The notes under the pieces: generated by a model
What the model was told of the DNA's origin: nothing
Databases searched by the model: none
The model's input: the letters and a program-made list of their open reading frames with translations, nothing else
Position numbers and translations under genes: made by a program
Source of the DNA: Octopus sinensis
Lineage: Eukaryota
Direction: 5' to 3'
Assembly (NCBI RefSeq): GCF_006345805.1
Contig: NC_043012.1
Coordinates: 50,778,001 to 50,842,000 of the forward strand
DNA: 64,000 bases
In this document: positions 27,695 to 40,200 of the stretch, in pieces
How the letters are laid out: the number at the start of each line of letters is the position of its first letter
Numbering within the stretch: position 1 is the stretch's first letter

Positions 27695-27727
27695 ATACAG
27701 ACGGATAGACATAACATATATATAATA

Positions 27728-28047
27728 CAGATGTGATAGACATAACAGAGACAGACTTACCTTGCATGGAATACAGAAGTAAGGATCTGTATATTCCAGG
27801 AACTTTAGATTTCGCTTCGCGTATTGAAAAAATACATAAGCACATCATATGTATACGCTATTTCTGAAATATTGACTACAATGCACCGTGTGCGTTCTTA
27901 CATTTGAATCCTCCACTAGCGAGTTTAGCCAAGTATACTTTAAATAATTGAAGCGAGATCTATAGATCCTGGAATATACACATAATTACTTATGTATTCC
28001 TTGCAAATCAAGCCTGTCTCTGGTATGTTTATCGCTTCCACCATGTG
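27728..28047. mobile_element. MITE with about 90-bp imperfect terminal inverted repeats and TA flanks
   Basis: Arm 27728-27818 (cagagacagacttaccttgcatggaatacagaagtaaggatctgtatattccagg...ttcgcttc) is the near reverse complement of 27950-28047; TA at 27726-27727 and 28048-28049. Confidence 0.8.
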
Positions 28048-28449
28048 TATTTTTGTAATGAGTAATGTGTGTGTGTGTGTGTGGTGTGTATCTGTGTGTG
28101 TATCTGTGTGTTTAAAAAAGTTCTAAGTCTAAGATTCATTTGACGTGACCGAACGGAGTTATAATCCAGACTTTTATAGAAAGTGAATGAACTATTATGA
28201 AACAAATAATAATTCTTTGAAAATAATGGATATTTTAGAAGAATACAGAAAAGTATTGCTTGGGGTCATGTCTTCCAATATAGTTCTTTTAGTTTCTCAA
28301 GAGTCGGAATCAGATACATACAAAAACAACATCAATTTGTAAAGTTTCATAGATAACTATTTGATGGAGAAATTTGAATAAATTTTAATCCAAATAGTAT
28401 AGCAGCTGGTATATATTAAATACGTATAGATATGTCAGTATATGTATGC

Positions 28450-28504
<55 letters not shown>

Positions 28505-29327
28505 GACAAACGCACACACACGCATATATATTTATTTATACATATATTTATCTATGTGTGTGTTTGTTGGATCTTCTGAGCCCGAATATTTCAAAATATG
28601 TGAAGTTAAATAAAAGGAATTTATAAATAATTATATTGCACCAGAATCTTTGTATTTTATTTTCAACATACTTTTTTGTGGAATGTCTGTCAAAACAGCC
28701 TTCTAGGAAAATAATTGCAAGTTTATATGTTGTGGCGTTTAGCGATACATAACCGCTCTCTTACATTTAAACAACGAGTAAGATGATGGTTGGTATATTT
28801 TGTAAGATAAAATTAATGTTCTCTAATTTTTATATATTATTTTGATTTTCATGTTATATTACTTTTATTTTATTTTCTACGCTGATGTATTTTATTCTTC
28901 GTCACAGTCTTTCAAAGAAGCATTTCGCTATTGCGAAATTAGTGCGTTCGATCAATGATATACGCCATTCGTTGCCATGGTTACGAAATCTATTTTCTTT
29001 CTGCTGGGTGTATAAAATAAACATATTTGTTTTTCGCAGACCTCTTTGTTTCAGGGTCACCCGGCCTAACTAAGTCAACCGACCATAAAAACACAAGCTC
29101 TTAGAGACTGACCTCATAAGCATAAAAACTGAGAAGACATAAAAACAACTCTTTTATCTTCTGTCTGCTGTTTTTTTTTCTATCACAGATTTTTTTAACT
29201 GCCATTCTCTGCTAGATTTATCTCCCTTACTGTTCAAACAGAAGCTGACAACAAAATACTATAAAAGACTTTCACTCATTGATCTACTAAATTTTGATGA
29301 TCAAGGACATTTGCGTATAGATATGTG

Positions 29328-29410
<83 letters not shown>

Positions 29411-29760
29411 ACACACATACACAGATATATATGAGGGTGGGTGTGTATGTATACATATATATGTACATATACATTTGTTGGTATATATATTTATAGACGT
29501 TATACACATTATAAGTATATGTGTACATATATATGTGTATATATAATATATATATATATATAATATATATATATATACATATGTGCATATGAACATATAT
29601 GAGTATTATATATATACGTATCTACATATGAAGATATAAGCGTATTATATATATATTTATATGCATATATAATACGCATACATGTTCATATGTACTCACA
29701 CATGCATGCCTATATATATGCAGATTTAATATATTACTGTATACGTATGTATGTTTGAAG

Positions 29761-29815
<55 letters not shown>

Positions 29816-30139
29816 ATATATGTAATAAGGGAGAGAGAGATATGGGAGAAAAGGAGAGTTGCAGATGCATACACTGTAACCATAGTTATTTAAATAGCGC
29901 TTCAAAGTAAAGCTGATATATATTCTGAAAGATTCATCAATCTCATTCTTATATTTAGACAGTTCATTTCCTTCATCCTATTTTCTTTTTAACCGAGAAA
30001 AATTTACCTGGCAGTAATAGTTAATGGTTTCAATTATTTACCAATGAATCACACACACACTGCTGTATGTGGGAGTGCAATAAATAGAAAAGAAAAAAAA
30101 CATTTATATGTATATATGCATATATAGGAAAGCATGTAA

Positions 30140-30163
30140 GTACACAGATATGTATATATATAT

Positions 30164-30215
<52 letters not shown>

Positions 30216-30417
30216 CATATATGTATATATATATAAAAATATATATATATATATATCTACATATATATATATATATGTATATAAATATATGTGTATATAT
30301 ATATATGTATATATATATATACATACATATATATATACATATATATATATACATATATATATATGTATATATATATATATACATACATATATATGTATAC
30401 ATATATATATATACATA

Positions 30418-30465
<48 letters not shown>

Positions 30466-30475
30466 CATATACATA
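30140..30475. repeat. Long (TA)n/(TACA) compound microsatellite
   Basis: Direct reading. Confidence 0.95.
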
Positions 30476-30921
30476 AACGTGTTTGTGAGTTACATATTTG
30501 CGTTTACGTATACGCCGTCACCCTGCATTTAAGAAGACCATACATGTATCATCTTACATAGTATATTCGTGTTTATTTCAATTTCGTTTCATTTTCCTCA
30601 TTGACATTCTGATAGCTTCAATACAATCATTTTGTACGCGTTTTGAGTACATTCCTAATCACAGATAATTTTTCAGTCCACATTGACAAACACAGAATCG
30701 TTCTGCATTGAAACACAATGATATAATAATAACTAAACTTCATTCAGAATCATTTCTAAAACGTCAATAATTGACATGTAATATACAAACATTATACAAC
30801 TATTTGCTTGTATTCGAGATTCTTGAATGCTTGTTCCACTTTTTGAAAAGCAATTAGAGATCAAGTTTAGTAGCACCTGAAATTGTTTGACTTCTAAAAG
30901 AATGAAGCACATGTGTTTCTT

Positions 30922-31522
30922 ATTTTTTTATTGCCCACAAGGGGCTAAAAATAGAGGGGACAAACAAGAACAAACAAAGGGATTAAGTCGGTTATATCGA
31001 CCACAGTGCGTAACTGGTACTTATTTAATCGACCCCGAAGTAATGAAAAGCAAAGTCGACCTCGGCGGAATTTGAACTCAGAACGTAGCAGCAGACGAAA
31101 TAACAGTTTCTTTACTACCTACAAGGGGCTAAACACAGAGGGTACAAACAAGGACAGACAAACGGATTAAGTCGAATATGTCGACTCCAGTGCGTAACTG
31201 GTATTTAATTTATTGACCCTGAAAGGATGAAAGACAAAGTCGACCTCAGCGGAATTTGAACTCAGAACGTAAAGACAGACGAAATACCTGTTTCTTTACT
31301 ACCCACAAGGGGCTAAACGCAGAGGGGAAAAACAATGACAGACAAACGGATTAAGTCGATTATATCGACACCAGTGTGTAACTGGTACTTATTTAATCGA
31401 CCCCGAAAGGATGAAAGGCAAAGTCGACCTCGGCGGAATTTGAACTCAGAACGTAACGACAGACGAAATACCGCTAAGCATTTCACCAGGCGCGGTATTG
31501 TTTCTGCCAGCGCGCCGCCTTA
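30922..31522 (-). mobile_element. SINE family A (tail type i): one head plus three tandem 184-bp modules
   Basis: gacgaaata recurs at 31094, 31278 and 31462; head ctaaggcggcgcgctggcagaa lies at the minus-strand 5' end. Confidence 0.92.
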
Positions 31523-31611
31523 GAATATATGCCTTTCTATTACATGTGTGTTCTTATGTTGTTTTCTCTGAGTGCATAAATATGTATGCATATTTATATA
31601 CTCTCTTCTGC

Positions 31612-32080
31612 TTTAATTACCTAAATTCTTTCTCTGAGGAGGGAATTGGTTTCTAAAAAAATAAAAGATCAAGCGTTGCTATATAGATAATATAAACAAT
31701 GTAACATTCTAAACTTCAGAAAGACTTGGATAGTTTTATTGCTCCACTTACAGATTGTAATTTTAATGTAAAAGTTAGTGGGATGATTCATTTTCCTGAA
31801 AACCTTACCTCATCCAGATTGTCACTAAGGTATTTCCCGACAAAACCAAGTGTACCAATTGTTATTGGCATCAACGTGAATTTATAATTTGGATATAGAA
31901 CCTGTAGGTTTCGAAGCAGTTGGCCATAGTTATCCTCACATCAGCAGGATAGTTGGCCATATTTATATTGCCCATATTTTGATGATAATGTTCCAGTAGT
32001 ATTCTATGTGTTGATGCTTGTGTATGTATTCACCATCAGGTGCGTTCTCTATATTTATACTAGGACAGTCCATCTTTTCT
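31612..32080 (-). mobile_element. Second RLE-type non-LTR family, 3' end
   Basis: EYIHKHQHIEYYWNIIIK...NYGQLLRNLQVLYPNYKFTLMPITIGTLGFV...LQSVSGAIK; tail gagaagaatttaggtaattaaa shared with 20040-20415. Confidence 0.72.
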
Positions 32081-32141
32081 GAATGATATCGTAAATATAT
32101 ATATATATATATGTATGTATATATATATATATATATGTATG

Positions 32142-32199
<58 letters not shown>

Positions 32200-33708
32200 A
32201 ATTTGTTTTGGTGCAATGTCATTTTGCATTGGGAGGTAGTACCTACATAGCAAATTTTGTACAGCTGCTTCACATATGTGTGATGTCCTTTAGAGAAATA
32301 TGCCATAATCTACATTTTCCGCCGCATCATACATCTCCAAGAGCTTTTTTTGTCTCTTTTGTTTATTGTATATTTTCCTTTTCTTTAATTGAAAATACAT
32401 AAGATTTCGAAGTGTGGTATGATGACCCGCCCACGATAGAAATTGAGACTACGTTTCGAATCAATATTACTATCGTCTTCAAATTTACCAGTAACATATT
32501 CATACATAGTCTATTTTGTTACGCTGAATAAATCTTTGAGGTATTAGTCCACCTGCTTTGCAGATTGCATGGAAGGTAATCAAAAGTCGTATTTCATGAG
32601 GAGTTCGCTGACGATACGTAGGATACTGTTCCTTTAATTTTTCAGCACTAAGTAGATTACTAATTTTTGCTGCAAGTGTTTGCTGCAAGTGTTTAGCAAG
32701 TGTTGTCTGAGAGAAATTGTACAGCATTCGAAGACCCTCTGCACAGATCCCACATTCTTAGCCCTCTACTAAAAAAAGATGCTTACACATTTATCTAGCT
32801 ACTATGTGAACAATCGCTTCGGTGATCACAATGTGAGCCATGTTAGATGTAAAAGTGCCCTACAATGTGTCCGGATTTTATGAGAACGAATTTTCTTACA
32901 CATTGGTGGTAAATAACAAGTAAGACTGATGAGGACCGTATGTTCGAATATTCAAACATATGAAACAATAAAGTTTAGGAAAGGTAGAAAGCGGAGGTAG
33001 TGGGTGAAACTATTATTGAAAGAAATCTTACTATATCACTACGATATATTTGAAAATATACTGCTATATGTTTTAAGGGAATAAAGTAGTCATTTAAGTA
33101 GAATAATGGGAATAAGCATAATTGATTTGGGATATATAATATGAAATATAAAATATTAAGAAATAAATGTTTGTTATAATATTTACAAGTTATAGTTAAG
33201 ACAGAAAAATAATTCCATATTGTATAGTAAAATAGTAATTTAGATAGAATTTCGTAGGAAAGTTTATATAATTATTATTAATATATTTAGCATTTCAATA
33301 GACTAACAGATGCATTCGATTATTAAGAGAAAAAGTATTAGATATATAAAGATTAAGAGGAATTTAAAGATTTTTGCTACAAATGAAAAGATACGATGTA
33401 ATTCTATAAAACTCTCCACGTATTTCTAAGGTAAATTATGATAACGAGTAATCTCCCTTTGTTCATGTGGCTAGAAGTCACTGAGGAGGAAATTACATCC
33501 ACATTTTTGACAATATACATATACATATAACAGATGTTGTTTGTTGTTGTTGTTGTTGTTGAGGATAATGATGATGATGAGAATGGCTCGTTAGATGAGC
33601 ATGACCAACACTGACAGGAGTGTTAGCAACGACCGTGCGAGACCTATTAATTGAGTGCAGCTTGCACATGAAAATGTCTCTCACTACCAATAGTCATTTA
33701 CATATTTA

Positions 33709-34068
33709 ATAGCACTTTGACCCGGCGTTGCCGGGTCTTAGTGCTAGTGCATGCATATAGCGCTGCGTGCACACATACACGCGAGTACTGTCCAAATCCC
33801 CGACCAATCACATACAGCTAGCTGGCATTCAATTGACGTATCAAGTTTCAGGCATTTTGATTGGGTTTTGGATAGAAAATTCACAAAAAATCACTTCTAT
33901 TGATTTTTAAATGGCTTTGCGAGTTGACTTGGTAAATGTAAAGATGTGCACGACCACCCTTGGATAGTTTTGAAAGACCATAGATAGTGCGAGCCCTCTA
34001 ACTGAAAAATTGTGGATTTGTATAAAGGACACGCACACAGACATTTTGCCGTTTATATATAGAGAGAT
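33709..34068 (+). mobile_element. DINE-1/Lep1-like (Helitron/Helentron-type) non-autonomous element
   Basis: 5' hairpin acccggc-gtt-gccgggt (33720-33736) near the start and 3' end acagacattttgccgtttatatatagagagat; architecture recalled from DINE-1/Lep1-type elements. Confidence 0.55.
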
Positions 34069-34372
34069 TTCTTTCAGCAATTTCGTATTGACCACCATAG
34101 GCTTTGTATATATTCATTATGAATATACTTCTCACTGTGTACCTATGCTTTGCTCAATAAGGGATTCCGCTTTTCACTATACTGTATACCCCTAACATGT
34201 TCCGTGTATATGTAACGTGTAAATATATCATTTTGATCGTGATGAATGAATCTCCTTTTAAACTTCCAAACTGCAAAAAGAAAAAAAAACAGCTTATGCT
34301 CCAATACTTCAACTGCGAATACAGAGTCAAAATATCTATTTCAACGAACTATGAAGTATATATGTAATTATG

Positions 34373-34468
<96 letters not shown>

Positions 34469-34487
34469 GTGTATATACACACACACA

Positions 34488-34565
<78 letters not shown>

Positions 34566-35215
34566 ATTTATAGATATATAGGTATATGTATATATATATA
34601 TATATACACACACATACATACATACTTATATGTATGTATGTATATATATTTACGTATAGTATCGATAGTAAAATCTGATTATACATTTTGATTGTGTCAG
34701 ATCAAAGATAGGAATTGAAATATAAGCACACAAAAGATGTTGCAACTTAAAGTCATTTTATGAAGCTCCTAAAATAATTTATGCCTTTTAAAATAATTAG
34801 AAAATTATTTTAACGCTGATACATTTTCCTTCTTAGCAACCTGAGTACGATGTATATCTTAACTATATAACTTATAGGGACAATAATATGAACAGAAAGT
34901 ATAAACAATAGGAAGAGTAATAACGTACACTTTAAATACAGCAACTGCGTAAAACGTGTGATGTTAACGAGATCATTTAAAACCAATATTTATAGAAAAA
35001 TCGGAGATATTCCATGTTTGATGTTAGCCTACTGTTTCTTTCATGTATACACAAAATATGACCTATGGAAAAGCGCGACTAACATCACCATTTGGTAATG
35101 TATTTAATAAAGTGGGGACTTTTGTACCTATTATTTTCCAAGCAGTCACTGGGATTATAATTTCGAGGAGATCTTTCATTAAGTTATACTCTTGACAAAT
35201 ACAGGAATTGTCTAG

Positions 35216-35246
<31 letters not shown>

Positions 35247-35247
<1 letters not shown>

Positions 35248-35422
35248 CACCGTGATCACCGTGAACGACCAGGCTATCGGATGTTGCTACACATCGCTGG
35301 TCACATGTGGAGCTTAGGGTGTTTTCGCTCAATAAATACTTTCAAAGCCTGGTCTTGGAATCGAAACCATGACCCTACGACCGCGAGTCCGCTGCTCTAA
35401 CCACTGGACCATTGCGCCTCCA
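35247..35422 (-). mobile_element. SINE family C head with a different tail (internally deleted)
   Basis: Head ggaggcgcaatggtccagtggttagagcagcggactcgcggtcg...tttcgattcc; core ttattgagcgaaaacac; tail gcgatgtgtagcaacatccgatagcctggtcg. Confidence 0.85.
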
Positions 35423-35834
35423 TAATATATGTATGAAATACATGATCTAAATGATACTTATGTTGTGCGTGTATGCATGTGAGTTTGAATATGCGTGTGA
35501 CATTGGGAGGCCATGTGCTCTCATCAAGATTAAAGTATCCATGTCTTACACTATTAATGATCATATTTTACCCGATAAAGCAAATGTGTATTGCACAACA
35601 GAAAAAATATTTCACATTATAATATCGTACTAATCAGAATTGTAGGTGTAAATACCATATACTAAAGTTTTACTAAGTTGTTTATTTTCTTTTTTTTTTA
35701 TTTGTATCACTCACTTTAGTTATTCGACAAGAATCCCACTATGACTCAGCGACGAGGTGGCTAGTACTTAATTTTTTTGTGCCAACCATTTGTGTAAACG
35801 TTACATTACGTATTTTGGTACAAAATTTGCTCAT

Positions 35835-35954
35835 ATTGTTTTGTAGAAAAACGTCTTACGTTAAACATCATCATACACACACTCACAAAAGTTGCTTAGA
35901 TTGTTTTGTAGACAAACGTTTTACTTTAAACATCCATCATACACACACTCACAC
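35835..35954. repeat. Two-copy direct repeat, period 65 bp
   Basis: attgttttgtaga.aaacgt.ttac.ttaaacatc.atcatacacacactcaca at 35835 and 35900. Confidence 0.85.
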
Positions 35955-36094
35955 AGGCGCATGCGATACCAATGGGATCAAAGTTCCTTCCGGATCCAAA
36001 GGCTCAAAGGGTGGCTTTCCTGGTTTGTATTGCGAATATATTCACTCGACTGACATGCGCCAGTCTGAAGCAGGATTATTAACTTTTGGTAGTT

Positions 36095-36222
36095 GTATGG
36101 ACAAGAGCGACGGGAAATGAAGTGTTTTACTCACGAAAACATCGCACGGCCTTTTCGAGAAGTGGTGATCATAATCTACCCTTCATGGCTTTTGAGGTTC
36201 ACAACGACACCAAGCGCCTCCA
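36095..36222 (-). mobile_element. Degenerate SINE family D
   Basis: gaaatgaagtgtttt...gcgcctccac as in 20976-21220. Confidence 0.55.
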
Positions 36223-36789
36223 CATGTGACCGCACCCACGCTATAATACGCACGCGCGCATATATACACATACAAATACACAGACGTATATTTACGTGTA
36301 TGAATATATGCATATGTGCATATCTATAAAATTGAAATTTTCTCTAGCTCTGTGTGTAAGTGTATGCGAATGTGTCTGTGTGTGTGTGTGTGTCTGTGTG
36401 TGTGTGTACAACAATTAAATGTACTTCAATAACACCTAAATCTTTCTTCCGATTTTTAAAAAATTTTATATGCATCTGCTTCATATCCCAAACACGGACA
36501 TAGGCTACTTAGGACTTTTGATATCGAGCTCTTTTCTGAGATTAACGTAGATTCAATGTTTAAATGTACGATAACTTCTAGACGTTAGGTTAATAAGTCT
36601 GTATGGCTAAAATAGGCCACATTTTTTCATGATTGTCTAAAACGCTCCTCAGATGCGTACTTTTTTAATTTTCAATATGGCCAAATTCAACTTGCTTTAC
36701 ATATTGTCAAATAAGTCTGTTACATCCATGTAAGTCTTTGCTGTTAAAGCTTAGAAACATGATTTCTCTTATCATGTGAATGACATCTC

Positions 36790-37240
36790 GGATCTTTTCG
36801 GTTTGAACGGCAGTTTTTAACATAATTTCTAGGTAACTAAAACATTTTAAACTTCGTATACTGGTAGAATGTGTTTATAAAACATCTTTTTCTATTGGCT
36901 TTATTAAGAACATTCTATAGTTTGTAAGTTATTTGTTGTTTTTTTCTTCAATTTCTGCAATTTCAACCAATCAATGACGACCATTGAGGTAAAAAATATT
37001 CTTGCCGTAAGAATACGTCCCTCGTTTAAGAAACAGATTGGGTTTATTTACACTCGTGAAGAAAGAAATATACCCTTCTCCCACCCCTAACCCTAATCCT
37101 AACTAGCCCTAACTAACCCTAACTAACCCTAAACCTAAAACAGATTGAAATGCAATAGATAGATACTAGGGTCATAATTATGGGTGACAATTTCATTTGA
37201 CACCGCTAGAAAAAAACTGCCGTTCAAACCGAAAATATCC
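36790..37240. mobile_element. MITE with 28-bp GG-ended TIRs and 8-bp TSD (Merlin-like)
   Basis: Left ggatcttttcggtttgaacggcagtttt versus right aaaactgccgttcaaaccgaaaatatcc (1 mismatch); gacatctc at 36782-36789 and 37241-37248. Confidence 0.88.
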
Positions 37241-40200
37241 GACATCTCTACTTAAATCACTACATCTTTTCCTTCGTATATATGTTTCATGATAACTGAA
37301 ATTATGATTAAATAAGATATTAATATTATATTCAACCATATATCTATAATATGTAAAAGATATTGGTTCAATTTATATCTAATAAACATATGCCGTATAT
37401 TTTTGTATTCACTCATGTTTCCTGATTTACGAGTATTAATTTTATTAATAGGTTTTATCCCCATAATTTTTCACCCTTACTGACCATACTTCTACTATTT
37501 ATCGTCATCATCTTTGACACTCTACGAACATCAACACCAACACTTTCATTGTGGATGTTATTATCGCTGTTATCTTCACTATTGTCCAGCTACATCACAG
37601 ATGCTAATAAAATATGTTGAAAAAGAGCATTAAAAATAATATAAATAATATTACATTCACTGTGCCTTCGTCTTCACCAATTCTGCTATCCCACTTCTAT
37701 TACGATATGTTTCTACACTATTCTGTTTAAACATTTTCCATCAATTTCTTGAAATACGTATTCCTCATTCTCTCCTTTCTTTCCCTAACCTCCCTCTACC
37801 TTCCTCAAACCTATACCTCAGATGCCGCCATCCCTATCCCATGACAGCCAGTGTACAAACACTTCAACTTTCAACTATTTTCTTGTTTCAAGCGACGCAA
37901 CGTTTAAGTTTTATGAATCTTTGCTCTGTTTACGACAACATTTATCACTATATTCCTATTAGAAATGTGTTAAAAATGTCTTAAATCAAAGGCTAAAAAG
38001 CTGATTTGGACCATATCAGAATATATTACGGACATTAATTTAGCTTTCATGAATGGAATGAGGTGATTTAAATTAATACGATCAAAACAGAAAACAAATG
38101 CTTTCTCGGATTTAAATTTCCTATTACTTTCTACTCACCTACGCCATTGCCTTTATAGTGTGTGTATTTTAATAAAACAGTACTTCGTTAACATAAGTGG
38201 CGATTAAAAGCTCGTTGAGATGTGTAAGCATTTCTTAGTGAGAATTTCTTCATTAAATTTGATAGATTACACAAGGAAATTAGATAATTAATAAATATTT
38301 ATCACTGTTTCACATTGTCATTAATGTTCGTAATTGTTTCAATTACAAAATTTCAACTGTTTATTGCAATAAGTCGGAGAATATATTAGAAAGCCTATAC
38401 AGTTAATGAACGCTACAGCTGGCCGAGTAAGACTATCAATTTAAATTATGATTTTTCTATAAGAGAGATATTTTCTACAAAGTAGATGACTGGGACGAAT
38501 TCATTCAAGGGCCACACGCTTACATCCTTATCAGTGAGTATTGGGGATTGCGTATGCTTAGATTATAGTACTCATTTCGACTCCTTCCGATTGTTCAATG
38601 GCTAAACCATAAGAAAACTGTATCTTACCGACCCAGTTCCCACTGATGTGGCGTGTCTTCGCCTTCATTTCGCTTTCGAGAAATTGTAACTCCTTGTCAC
38701 TTAATTCGTACGCAACATTTTTAATATAAGGCAAGATAAATTCAACGATTTGATATTAGACACATTTCATGAACGTTTTGTTCGTTCTGGTGTTATCTGG
38801 GCAGGAAATACTAGAGAAATTTTCAATAGCCCATCTTAAGCAAAAGAAACAATCAAAATACATTTTGATATTTCATATAAAAACTATTTAGGTGCCAATC
38901 AAACGTTAACTTGACTTTTATGAATACCATGGTCGAGTATATGTTAGATACTTGGTGTGTCAATAACTTCTAATTTCACTTCTAAATTGAAATAAAATGT
39001 GCCATCTGGTCTATTTTAAAATATTATTGACCACAACTGAATCATTATTTAGGGTGATGCGAACCAGCTCACTAAGAATTTCGATGATTTGAATATCATA
39101 AACATTTTTTTAAATACAAAAATCAATATAAATAACATTGTTATTTGGAAAAAAAAATGTATAATGTGAAGATTTCTTTGTTTTATTTCTTTTAATTACT
39201 CCACTAATTATCCGCTATGTCAGAGTTATTAATCTTTTTTCTCGGCAAATATAATTAATTTTTGATCAGTTAAATACTGTCGTATAAATCAGTTGCTATG
39301 TAATTATCATTGCTTTTTAATTGTCTTTTCAACGAGGTGAGTATCTTTGGACGGAACGACTTCTTAATAAAAACACAAATGCCAGCAATTTGGCATGAAG
39401 ACAGGGAAAAGGCGATGGAATTCACGACATTACAATTTCAATTCTTGCTTACACAAACATACATGTAATATATGTAATATATTACTTGTGTAACAGATAA
39501 AACATAAAAAAAAACTGGACGTAAATAAGTTACTATGGGCGGATACAAGAGTAAGGTAAAGTATCTAACCTGCACGCAGCCTGGATTAATAGCCCTCTCA
39601 TCACTGATACATCGGAAGCAAGCTGATAATTTCGGTTATTGCAAAATTTATACCTTTCACCCAGTTATTCTACGCGACTAAAACAATTAAAACCATTCAT
39701 TGGTGAACGGAAAACACATGACACTGTTTTGAACACTAACATTTCGTTTTACATTTTAACACAGAGAAAACTATTCTACTTGCCACCTTCCAAATAGGCA
39801 TTTCAGAATGTTTTGGCTGAATGTTTCTTATGAAAATGGCTTTCATATGCAATCACTTCTAAACTTTCACACTTCTTAATTTTACAAGTTCTTCTCTGCT
39901 CTAAATCTGCTTGGTTGAATCACGGAAATTTAGTTGATTAATGATTTCAGTCGGCACATGGGACCTACCACATCTTGCACTGATCAACTTCTATTTTATT
40001 TGTAATCATCCATTTAAGTTTCCAAAAGTGTTTATGTATTTAAAAGAGATATACAAAATATTAGAAACAAAATAATTATAAATATTTGCCATTTGTCTTA
40101 CATAATATTTTCCTGCAGCATGGAACTGTGAAGTAATTAAACCGTACATTGAAAATGATAGATTTCCTCACACCACTATCTCTTAATTAAACTAAAGTAT

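Noticed and set aside
30922-31522. Regular 184-bp repeats as a CRISPR-like array
   Set aside because: Whole modules are homologous with no unique spacers; eukaryotic SINE context and no cas genes.
32926-32966. CTGATGAG...near-palindrome...GAAAC, a second hammerhead-like motif
   Set aside because: A 4-nt insertion before stem II, no G10.1-C11.1 pair, and no stem I or III/NUH could be drawn; at best a decayed copy.
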